Shown one piece after another: positions 19,129 through 27,221 of a stretch of 64,000 bases of DNA. The notes under the pieces are model-generated. The model was not told where the DNA came from, ran no database searches, and saw nothing but the letters and a program-made list of their open reading frames with translations. Position 1 is the first letter of the stretch, and each line of letters begins with the position of its first letter. The stretch covers positions 482 to 64,481 of the forward strand of contig CANSNO010000002.1 of the NCBI GenBank assembly GCA_947648385.1, written 5' to 3'. This DNA comes from an uncultured Clostridia bacterium (GTDB lineage: Bacteria; Bacillota; Clostridia; Oscillospirales; Butyricicoccaceae). The translations under genes and the position numbers were made by a program.

Positions 19129-19278
19129 CTGTTTTTTCCTTTCACCAAAAACTTTCTTTAAATGTTATTGTATCATATCTCGGCCAAAGCAACAATGTCT
19201 TTGAATAATAAAACCGCGAGGGAAATTTCGCAAGCATAAAAAACGGGGCCTCTTTTTGGAATCTCCCGGGTAATAACG

Positions 19279-19310
19279 GCAAAATAAAAGCGAGGCGCAA
19301 GCCTCGCTTT
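19279..19310 (-). terminator. Intrinsic terminator of ridA
   Basis: The minus strand reads AAGCGAGGC-TTGC-GCCTCGCTT followed by TTATTTT. Confidence 0.7.
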
Positions 19311-19324
19311 ATAAAGCGTACCTT

Positions 19325-19672
19325 TTATTTTACGGCGGCCGAAACGACTATCTCCACAAGGACGGAGGGGGAGGCCAGCTCGGCCCTGACGCAGGCGCGC
19401 GTCGGCTCGCTGCCGTCCTTAACCCACGCGTCCCACACCTCGTTCATGGCGGCAAAATCGGCCATATCCTTGAGATAAACGGTGGCCGTCAGCAGGTTGT
19501 CCCTGTCGGAGCCGTATTTTTCCAAAAGCTCGTCTATTTTGGCCAGCACGGCCCTTGTCTGGGCCTGAACGTCGCCCCCTTCGCGGCTGGTCTGGCCGCA
19601 GAGGTAGAGAACGCCGCCGCAGCGCACGGCCTTGCTCATTCTGCCGTTGCCCTCGAATCTCTCAATACTCAT
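19325..19672 (-). CDS. ridA: RidA/YjgF family reactive-intermediate deaminase
   Basis: 115 aa with GVLYLCGQ...TATVYL.D..DF..MN..W and a C-terminal RACV.A.L....LVEI. Confidence 0.85.
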   Translation of the reverse strand: MSIERFEGNGRMSKAVRCGGVLYLCGQTSREGGDVQAQTRAVLAKIDELLEKYGSDRDNLLTATVYLKDMADFAAMNEVWDAWVKDGSEPTRACVRAELASPSVLVEIVVSAAVK

Positions 19673-19897
19673 ATTTTCTATTTCCTTTCCCGAAAAAATA
19701 TTGTATAATATATTATATGATCATTATAAAGCACCCCTTTCGGTATTGTAAAGAAAAAATATTTATACCCCCTTTACAAACGGGGGGAAGGGTGATATTA
19801 TATAGAAAAGGTTATATGTTAAATCACAGAAAAGTCACATTTTGAACATTTTGTAACCGAAATATTCACAGCGTTGCTACATAAGGAGATGGAAACA

Positions 19898-20869
19898 ATG
19901 AAGAAATATCTGAGTCTGCTGCTCTGCCTGCTGACCCTTTTTTCGCTGACGGCCTGCGGAGGACAGGACAATCCCATAGAGGACGACGGGCTTTGGCAGG
20001 AGGATATGGAGCTTGAGATACCCGACGGAATGGAGGTGCCTCTGGGCGCCGCCCCTGTTTCGGGCGCCCTTATGCCCTCGGCCGACGGAAAAAATGTATA
20101 TTCCAATCAAAATGCCGTAATTGATGCTTCACATTTGGACCTCGGATATGTTATGATAAAGTATACAGGTACAAGTACCGCGAAGAAAAAGGTCATCATC
20201 ACCGGGCCCTCCGGGGTGAAGTATACCTACGATTTGAAGTCTGACGGGACTTACGAGGTCTTTCCCCTTTCCGACGGCAACGGCAACTATTCCATCGGCG
20301 TTTTCCAGAACATCAAGGATACAAAGTACAGCGGCGTATATTCGGCCTCTGTCAACGTCAGCCTGAAGGATGAGTTCGCCCCCTTCCTGCTGCCCAACCA
20401 GTATGTCAACTATACTGCCGACAGCGCCGTCGTGGCCAAGGCCGCCGAGCTTGTGGCCGGCAAGACCGAGACGACAGACAAGATCGACGCGGTTTACAGC
20501 TATGTCATCAACAATATTTCATACGACACGGCCAAGGCCAAAACGGTTCAGTCGGGCTATCTGCCCGATGTGGACGAGGTCTATCGCACGGGCAAGGGCA
20601 TCTGCTTTGACTATGCCGCCGTCATGACGGCCATGCTCCGCAGCCAGGGCGTGCCCACCAAGCTTGTTGTCGGCTATGCCGGCAAGGCCTACCACGCGTG
20701 GATAAACACCTGGAGCGAGGACAGCGGCTGGATCGAGGGTGTCATCTTCTTCGACGGCACCACATGGAAGCTGATGGATCCCACCTTTGCTTCCAGCGGC
20801 AACAGCAGCGACGCCATTATGAAATATATCGGTGACGGCGCCAACTACTCGGCAAAATACCTGTATTGA
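19898..20869 (+). CDS. Transglutaminase-like lipoprotein
   Basis: AAGGAG lies 9 nt before ATG 19898. Lipobox LFSLTACGG. The catalytic core is GKGICFDYAAVMTAMLRSQGVPTKLVVGY...YHAWINTW...MDPT (Cys-His-Asp). Confidence 0.8.
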   Translation: MKKYLSLLLCLLTLFSLTACGGQDNPIEDDGLWQEDMELEIPDGMEVPLGAAPVSGALMPSADGKNVYSNQNAVIDASHLDLGYVMIKYTGTSTAKKKVIITGPSGVKYTYDLKSDGTYEVFPLSDGNGNYSIGVFQNIKDTKYSGVYSASVNVSLKDEFAPFLLPNQYVNYTADSAVVAKAAELVAGKTETTDKIDAVYSYVINNISYDTAKAKTVQSGYLPDVDEVYRTGKGICFDYAAVMTAMLRSQGVPTKLVVGYAGKAYHAWINTWSEDSGWIEGVIFFDGTTWKLMDPTFASSGNSSDAIMKYIGDGANYSAKYLY

Positions 20870-20880
20870 GAAAAAATTAC

Positions 20881-20906
20881 GGGGGGCTTTAAGCCCCCCT
20901 ATTTTT
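20881..20906 (+). terminator. Intrinsic terminator
   Basis: GGGGGGCTT-TAA-GCCCCCC followed by TATTTTT. Confidence 0.75.
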
Positions 20907-20927
20907 ATGCAAGGAGTTTTTATCACT

Positions 20928-21935
20928 ATGGGTAAAAAGTCATCGAAAAATAACGAGCTGTCATACATATGCACCCAGCTCTCCATACTGCTCAACAGCG
21001 GCATATCTCCCAGGGACGGTCTGGAGCTTTGCACGGAGGGGGGCGATTCCCCCATGGCGGAGGAGATAAAAAAGGCCCTTGAGCTTATCGACACGGGCGA
21101 GCCTTTTTCCTCGGCGCTCAAACAGGCCGGCTTTCCCTCCCTTATGACGGCCATGATAGAGGTCGGCGAGGGAACGGGCAATCTGGAGCAGGTGACGGCC
21201 TCGCTGGGCCGCTATTACCTGAGGCTGGAGGAGGCGAAATCGGCCCTATCCTCGGCCATACTTTATCCCTCGATGATATTCCTGCTGATGCTATGTGTGC
21301 AGGGGGTGCTGTGCGCCAAGGTGCTGCCCGTCATGGCCTCGGCCCTGACCCAGAGCGGCGGAGCCTTGACGGGCATGGCTTCTGTCTTTGCCTCCATAGG
21401 TCTATGGATATCTGCCCATATGGCCATAGCCGTCGGTGTGCTTCTGGCGCTGGCCGCCGCCGTCATAGTGTGCCTTGTCAATATCGAGGGCTTTGCCCGC
21501 TCCTTCCTCGGTACGACGGGCTGGGGAAAGGCGTCCGACAAGGCCTCCTGCGTGTCGGCCATGGCCATGGCCATGAGGGCCGGAGCCGACAGCGACACGG
21601 CAGTGAGAATGGCCATTCCCGTGGCGCGCGACCGCGACCCCCTCGACCAGTGCCTGAGGGCCATGTCGGGGGGAGCTTCCTTCGGCGCGGCAATGGAGCA
21701 GTGCGGTATGCTCGACCCCTCCATGGCGAGACTGCTGGACGCCGGAGTCCGCGGCGGATGCGCCGACACGGTTATGGAGCAGCTGGCCGAGAGAATGGAC
21801 AAATCGGCAAACGACAAGCTGGATAAGACCCTCTCCTCGGTCGAGCCGGCGCTGGTGGCCGTCATGGCTATCATGACAGGGGTCATACTGCTGTCGGTCA
21901 TGTCGCCTCTGGCTTCCCTGATAGCTTCGGTGTGA
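20928..21935 (+). CDS. Type II secretion system F / PilC-like platform protein (short, 335 aa)
   Basis: AAGGAG RBS before ATG 20928. Two T2SSF-like halves (LSILLNSGISPRDGLE..., ...FPSLMTAMIEVGEGTGNLE... and ...MARLLDAGVRGG...) with three TM segments. Confidence 0.8.
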   Translation: MGKKSSKNNELSYICTQLSILLNSGISPRDGLELCTEGGDSPMAEEIKKALELIDTGEPFSSALKQAGFPSLMTAMIEVGEGTGNLEQVTASLGRYYLRLEEAKSALSSAILYPSMIFLLMLCVQGVLCAKVLPVMASALTQSGGALTGMASVFASIGLWISAHMAIAVGVLLALAAAVIVCLVNIEGFARSFLGTTGWGKASDKASCVSAMAMAMRAGADSDTAVRMAIPVARDRDPLDQCLRAMSGGASFGAAMEQCGMLDPSMARLLDAGVRGGCADTVMEQLAERMDKSANDKLDKTLSSVEPALVAVMAIMTGVILLSVMSPLASLIASV

Positions 21936-21939
21936 GCCT

Positions 21940-22245
21940 ATGAAAAAACTGCTTTACCCGCTGGCCATGTGCCTGCTTTTCGGCCTGTGCGCCTATATGT
22001 TCGTCGGTCAGGCCGCGAGGGTGGACGACGAAAACCAAAGGGCCTCCTCCGATATGATGGCCCAGAGCCTTTACCGCGGCGCCCTTTCCTGCTATGCCTG
22101 CGAGGGGGCATACCCCGACACCCTTGAATACCTCTGCGAAAAATACGGCATAACCGTCGACGAGTCCAAATACGACGTTCATTATACCATCTTCGCATCG
22201 AACATTATGCCTGATATAACGGTGGTGGAATTACATGAACAATAA
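21940..22245 (+). CDS. Small membrane-anchored protein of the pilus-like operon (hypothetical)
   Basis: N-terminal TM segment MKKLLYPLAMCLLFGLCAYMF. No canonical G-FTLxE prepilin motif. Translationally coupled to the next gene. Confidence 0.5.
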   Translation: MKKLLYPLAMCLLFGLCAYMFVGQAARVDDENQRASSDMMAQSLYRGALSCYACEGAYPDTLEYLCEKYGITVDESKYDVHYTIFASNIMPDITVVELHEQ

Positions 22246-22720
22246 AGCCATGTCATTTTTCGGCAGGGCCGCCTGCCTCATGCTGGCCACCCTTATGGGC
22301 GTCATGCTGATGCGTACCGTCACGGCCGGAGCTTCGGCCTATCACGCCTCGCGGCGCGCCCTCGACACCTCCTATTCCTCCCGTACCCTTGTGGATTACG
22401 CCACGGCCAAGGCTCTCGGCGGCAACGAGAGGGGAAGGGTGTATGTGGGCGATATCGACGGCCTGCCCTGCCTGACGATAGAGGAAGAATACGAGGGGGA
22501 ACTCTACATAACCCAGATATACTGCCAGGACGGTATGCTCAAGGAGCTGTTCGCTCTGGCCGACAGCGGCATGGGGCCGAGCGAGGGCATGGATATTGTC
22601 CCCTGCCGGGCCTTCGAACCTGTGCAGGCGGCCCCGAATCTTATCTATCTCGCCTTTGATGTTGACGGCGAGGACAGCTTCGGTTATGTTTCGGTCATAG
22701 GACGGGAGGGCGAGAGATGA
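22235..22720 (+). CDS. Small membrane-anchored protein, possibly pseudopilin-like (hypothetical)
   Basis: N-terminal hydrophobic helix GRAACLMLATLMGVMLM. Overlaps both neighbours. Confidence 0.5.
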   Translation: MNNKAMSFFGRAACLMLATLMGVMLMRTVTAGASAYHASRRALDTSYSSRTLVDYATAKALGGNERGRVYVGDIDGLPCLTIEEEYEGELYITQIYCQDGMLKELFALADSGMGPSEGMDIVPCRAFEPVQAAPNLIYLAFDVDGEDSFGYVSVIGREGER

Positions 22721-23067
22721 AGCGCGGCGGAAGCAACATATTGCTCATAGAGGCCATTATAATGACGGCCGTCCTTTCGGCCGCCCTTTCGATATGCCTG
22801 ACCGTCTTTACCTCGGCTTCCTCCATGAGGCGCGAGGCCGACGAGCTGAGCCGCGCCTCCTCCCTTGCTTTTTCGGCGGCCCAGTGTTATGTGGCCACGG
22901 GCGACGAGGCGGCCGTTTCCACCATGATGGGAGGCGACGGAGGGGACATATGTATCGACGGCGTCGTCCTCTCCTTTGAGCGCGACGGAAGCGAGCTTAT
23001 CATAACGGCGTCAAAGGACGGCCGCGTAATCATGACCCAACGGGCCGTTCAGGGGGTGAAGCCGTGA
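22717..23067 (+). CDS. Pseudopilin-like protein with a degenerate prepilin leader
   Basis: MKRGGSNILLIEAIIMTAVL has a basic leader, Gly, and a hydrophobic helix with Glu, resembling ComGF/minor pilin N-termini but not canonical. Confidence 0.5.
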   Translation: MKRGGSNILLIEAIIMTAVLSAALSICLTVFTSASSMRREADELSRASSLAFSAAQCYVATGDEAAVSTMMGGDGGDICIDGVVLSFERDGSELIITASKDGRVIMTQRAVQGVKP

Positions 23068-23480
23068 AAAACCGTTCGCCTATACCGCCCGGGGTAATAA
23101 CCCTCTGCGTCGTGTTTATTTCTCTCTGTATGTCACTTTTGGCCATGCTGACCTTTTCGGGGGCCAAAAGCGAGCTTGAGCTGGCCAGGGCCTCCTTTGA
23201 CAACAGAAAGGCCGTGCTGGAGGCCGATTACGCCTGCCGCTCGCGCATGGAAAGGGCCGCCGAAATGCTAAGGGGCGGCGACGGGATATCGTCGGCGGCA
23301 CTTGAAACCGACGCCCTTTTGGAGGATAATATACTCGTCTTTGAACAGGCCGTAGACGACCGCCGCGTCATACGCGCCGAAATGACGGCCGAAGCCGACC
23401 CACGGCTTCTCTCCTATGTGATACTTTACACGGGCGACTGGTCTCCCGATATGTCGATAGAGGTGTGGGACGGACAATAA
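23064..23480 (+). CDS. Small membrane-anchored protein (ComGG-like position, hypothetical)
   Basis: GTG start overlapping the previous stop. N-terminal TM segment GVITLCVVFISLCMSLLAMLTF. Confidence 0.45.
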   Translation: MKNRSPIPPGVITLCVVFISLCMSLLAMLTFSGAKSELELARASFDNRKAVLEADYACRSRMERAAEMLRGGDGISSAALETDALLEDNILVFEQAVDDRRVIRAEMTAEADPRLLSYVILYTGDWSPDMSIEVWDGQ

Positions 23481-23653
23481 ACTTTTCCCATAAAAATTTT
23501 CAATTTTTATGGGCGCCCTATAATTTAATAGATTTTGCCGGGGTGAACCGTCAAAATCGTTACGCCGCACTGGCGGCGAGGACGTCACAAGACGCCCCAA
23601 GTTGTGCAAAACACAGTTTTGGTGAAATTGAAAACTTTTGCGAGGTGCCTTTT

Positions 23654-24721
23654 ATGCTTACACTGATGGAGCTGCTCAAAGCCGCCAAGGATGACCATGC
23701 CTCCGATGTCTTTATCGTCTCAGGCCAGCCCCTGTCATATAAATCGGAGGGCAACATCGTCACTGTCGACGATGAAAAGGTCATGCCCCCGGCGGCCAGA
23801 CAGCTTATAACCGAGGCCTATACTCTGGCCGGCAGGGATATGTCCCATTACGAGGCGACGGGGGACGACGATTTCGCCCTTTCGGTGCCCGAGCTTTCGC
23901 GTTTGAGGGTCAGCGCATATAAGCAGCGCGGCTCGGACGCCGCCGTCATACGCATGATAGCCTTCGGCATTCCCGATTACAGAAAGTTCAACATCCCCGA
24001 CGCCGTCATGGAGCTTTCGGAAAACACGAAGGGCCTCGTCCTTGTCACAGGCCCGGCCGGAAACGGAAAATCGACCACTCTGGCCTGCGTCATCGACAGG
24101 ATAAACAAGACGCGCAGCGGCCATATCATCACCATTGAGGAGCCGATAGAGTATCTCTACCGCAACGACAAGAGCATCATCTCCCAGCGCGAGGTATCCC
24201 TCGACACACAGGATTATGTCACGGCGCTTCGCGCCTGCCTGCGTCAGGCCCCCGACGTCATACTTCTGGGCGAAATGCGAGATTACGAGACGATAAAAAC
24301 CGCCATGACGGCCGCCGAGACGGGCCATCTTGTCCTCTCGACCCTCCACACGGTGGGAGCCGTCAACACGATAGACCGCATTATAGATATTTTCCCCAAC
24401 AACCAGCAGTATCAGATACGCTCCCAGCTGGCCACCCAGCTCAAGACGGTCGTCTCCCAGCAGCTTCTGCCCACGGTGGACGGCCGCATGACCCCGGCCT
24501 TTGAGATAATGCACGTCAATTCGGCCATACGCACCCTCATCCGAGATCAGAAGGTACATCAGATAGACGCCTCCATCGCCATGTTCGCCAAGGAGGGTAT
24601 GGTCTCTATGGATTCCTCCATAGCCGAGCTCTATAAGAGGGGGGTCATAACGGCCGAGACGGCCGTCCGCCACGCCCTTTATCCCGACCAGTTGGCCAGA
24701 AAGGCCGGCATACAGATATAA
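23654..24721 (+). CDS. pilT: PilT-family type IV pilus retraction-type ATPase
   Basis: GAGGTG RBS before ATG 23654. Walker A GPAGNGKST, Asp box IITIEEPIEY, Walker B DVILLGEMRD, and His box TGHLVLSTLHT. Confidence 0.9.
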   Translation: MLTLMELLKAAKDDHASDVFIVSGQPLSYKSEGNIVTVDDEKVMPPAARQLITEAYTLAGRDMSHYEATGDDDFALSVPELSRLRVSAYKQRGSDAAVIRMIAFGIPDYRKFNIPDAVMELSENTKGLVLVTGPAGNGKSTTLACVIDRINKTRSGHIITIEEPIEYLYRNDKSIISQREVSLDTQDYVTALRACLRQAPDVILLGEMRDYETIKTAMTAAETGHLVLSTLHTVGAVNTIDRIIDIFPNNQQYQIRSQLATQLKTVVSQQLLPTVDGRMTPAFEIMHVNSAIRTLIRDQKVHQIDASIAMFAKEGMVSMDSSIAELYKRGVITAETAVRHALYPDQLARKAGIQI

Positions 24722-24724
24722 GCC

Positions 24725-25405
24725 ATGAGCGATAACCAAAAGAGACTTTTCATAGTCGAGGACGACGAGACGATAGCCTCCCTGCTGGCCGAGCATTTTG
24801 AGGCGTGGGGTATGGAGGTCTTTACCGTCGGCGATTTTTCAAGAGTTATGGAGACCTTTGACGCCTGCCGCCCCCACATGGTGCTGATGGACATTTCCCT
24901 GCCCGTGCGCAGCGGCTTTTTCTACTGTCGGGAGATGCGAAAAAGCTCCGACGCGCCGATAATATTCATCTCCTCGGCTTCCGACAACATGAACATTCTG
25001 ACGGCCATCAACACGGGGGCCGACGATTTCATCGCCAAGCCCTTTGACCTTGCCATACTGACGGCCAAGGTGCAGGCCCTCATGAGGCGCGTCTATGATT
25101 TCTCCTCCCCTTCGGACATATCCGAGTACGGCGGACTGACCCTCAACACGGCCGACGCCACGGCCAGCGTGGGAGGGGAAAAGCTGGAGCTGACACGCAA
25201 CGAATACCGCATACTTTCGGTGCTGATGGCCTCGCCCGGCAAGATAGTCAGCCGCGACACGCTGATGGAAAAGCTTTGGGCAACCGACAGCTTTGTGGAC
25301 GAAAACGCCCTTTCGGTCAACGTGACTCGCCTGCGCCGCAAGCTGGAGGCCGCCGGGCTGCCCGATTTCATCAAAACGCGCAAGGGCATGGGGTATATGA
25401 TATGA
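24725..25405 (+). CDS. OmpR-family response regulator
   Basis: Receiver domain (FIVEDDE...MDISLP...) plus a winged-helix output (LTRNEYRILSVL...VNVTRLRRKLE...IKTRKGMGY). Confidence 0.9.
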   Translation: MSDNQKRLFIVEDDETIASLLAEHFEAWGMEVFTVGDFSRVMETFDACRPHMVLMDISLPVRSGFFYCREMRKSSDAPIIFISSASDNMNILTAINTGADDFIAKPFDLAILTAKVQALMRRVYDFSSPSDISEYGGLTLNTADATASVGGEKLELTRNEYRILSVLMASPGKIVSRDTLMEKLWATDSFVDENALSVNVTRLRRKLEAAGLPDFIKTRKGMGYMI

Positions 25406-26394
25406 GCCTCTTTAAAAAATATCTCCGATACCGCGCCCCGGCCATAGTCGTTTATGTCGCGGCTATGGCCGTCTGTTTTGCCCTTATGCCACTTTACCGC
25501 CTGCCCGAAGCGGCCTTTTATATCTTTCTGCTGAGCTCCTTTGTTCTCGGTGGGGCGGCGTGGGCCGATTTCGTACACTTTTCGTCAAAAATGAAAAAGC
25601 TTGACCGTATGGCTTCAGACCCCTCCCTTTTCAGGGACTTTACCGCCGAAGAAAGGCTTGACCCTGTGGAGGAGAGGATATTCGCCGCCATGGGCAGCCT
25701 GGATAATTCCTGCCGCCGAAGGCTGGAAGAGGAGGAGAACACGCGCCGCCTCATGTGGGATTATTTCACTGCGTGGGCGCACAATATAAAAACTCCAATC
25801 GCCGCCATGTACCTGCTGCTTGAAAAGGAGGAGGGCGGCCGCAAAAGGGAGCTCAAAGAGCAGCTTTTCAAAACCGAGCAGTATGTCGATCTGGCCATGG
25901 CCTATGCCCGTGTCGACAGCCCGACAAACGATTTTCTTCTCCGCCGCTTTTCACTTGACGAGGTCGTCCGCAGGGCTGTCAAAAAGCACGCCGCCCTTTT
26001 TATCGGCAGGGATATCGGCATAGAGCTTATTCCCACGGAAATGACCGTGCTGAGCGACGAGAAATGGCTGGGCTTCGTTTTGGAGCAGCTTGTTTCCAAC
26101 GCCGTCAAATACACCCCCGCAGGCGGCAAGGTGAAAATCTATTCTCCCTCGGAATATGTCCTGGCCGTTTCCGACACAGGCCCGGGCGTGCCGCCCGAGG
26201 ATTTGCCGCGCATATGGGAAAGGGGCTATACAGGCTATAACGGCCATGGGGAGAACCATTCCAGCGGTATCGGCCTTTATCTTTCGGGGCGCATACTTTC
26301 TCTTCTCGGCCATCCCTTCTCGGCCTCCTCCCCTCCGGGAGAGGGCCTGACCGTCTCCGTCGACCTCAAAACGAGAGAGACGATAATGGAATAA
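25402..26394 (+). CDS. Intramembrane-sensing histidine kinase (BceS-like)
   Basis: ATGA overlap with the response regulator. Two TM segments with a ~4-aa loop, H-box AHNIKTPIAAM, N-box LVSNAVKYTP, and G-box SDTGPGV...GIGLYL. Confidence 0.85.
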   Translation: MSLFKKYLRYRAPAIVVYVAAMAVCFALMPLYRLPEAAFYIFLLSSFVLGGAAWADFVHFSSKMKKLDRMASDPSLFRDFTAEERLDPVEERIFAAMGSLDNSCRRRLEEEENTRRLMWDYFTAWAHNIKTPIAAMYLLLEKEEGGRKRELKEQLFKTEQYVDLAMAYARVDSPTNDFLLRRFSLDEVVRRAVKKHAALFIGRDIGIELIPTEMTVLSDEKWLGFVLEQLVSNAVKYTPAGGKVKIYSPSEYVLAVSDTGPGVPPEDLPRIWERGYTGYNGHGENHSSGIGLYLSGRILSLLGHPFSASSPPGEGLTVSVDLKTRETIME

Positions 26395-26421
26395 AAAGAC
26401 AGGATAATGACAAAATGAACG

Positions 26422-26450
26422 CCCCGAGGCGGCTCGGGGTTTTTATTTTT
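26422..26450 (+). terminator. Intrinsic terminator
   Basis: CCCCGAG-GCGG-CTCGGGG followed by TTTTTATTTTT. Confidence 0.8.
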
Positions 26451-26518
26451 ATGCGAATATGATATAATATATATAAACGTCTTGATACAACGCGCCGCAA
26501 AAGAATGGAGATATATCG

Positions 26519-27220
26519 ATGGCTTATATTGAGTTTGACAGGGTCGTGCGAAAATATATAATGGGCCAGCAGGAGATATACGCCGCCAGAGAGGTCTCCT
26601 TTGAGATAGAAAAGGGGGAGTTTTGCGTCATCGTCGGGCCGTCGGGAGCCGGAAAGACGACCATACTCAACATCCTCGGCGGCATGGACAGCTGCGACGG
26701 CGGAAGGGTCACGCTTGACGGCCGCGAGATATCGGCAATGAACGGCAGGGAGCTGACCGAATACCGCAGGTTTGACGTGGGCTTTGTCTTTCAATTTTAC
26801 AATCTGGTGCAGAACCTGACGGCCCTTGAAAATGTCGAGCTGGCCGGGGCCATCAGCCGCGAGCCCCTTGACGCCGCCGACACCCTGAAAAGGGTGGGGC
26901 TGGGCGACAGACTGAACAACTTTCCGGCTCAGCTTTCGGGCGGCGAACAGCAGAGGGTGTCGATAGCCCGCGCCATAGCCAAAAACCCCAAGATACTTTT
27001 GTGCGACGAGCCGACGGGCGCTCTTGACTATAACACGGGCAAGACCATTCTCGGCCTTTTGCAGGATACCTGCCGCCGCACGGGCAAGACGGTAATCGTC
27101 ATCACCCACAACCAGGCCATCACGGCCATGGCCGACAGGGTTATAGCCGTCAAGAACGGACAGGTGGAATCCATGAGGATAAATAAAGAGCCTCTGCCGG
27201 TGGAAAGGATAGAGTGGTAA
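26519..27220 (+). CDS. ABC transporter ATP-binding protein (MacB/BceA-like)
   Basis: Walker [10 protein letters not shown], signature LSGGEQQRV, and Walker B ILLCDEPT. Confidence 0.92.
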   Translation: MAYIEFDRVVRKYIMGQQEIYAAREVSFEIEKGEFCVIVGPSGAGKTTILNILGGMDSCDGGRVTLDGREISAMNGRELTEYRRFDVGFVFQFYNLVQNLTALENVELAGAISREPLDAADTLKRVGLGDRLNNFPAQLSGGEQQRVSIARAIAKNPKILLCDEPTGALDYNTGKTILGLLQDTCRRTGKTVIVITHNQAITAMADRVIAVKNGQVESMRINKEPLPVERIEW

Positions 27221-27221
27221 G

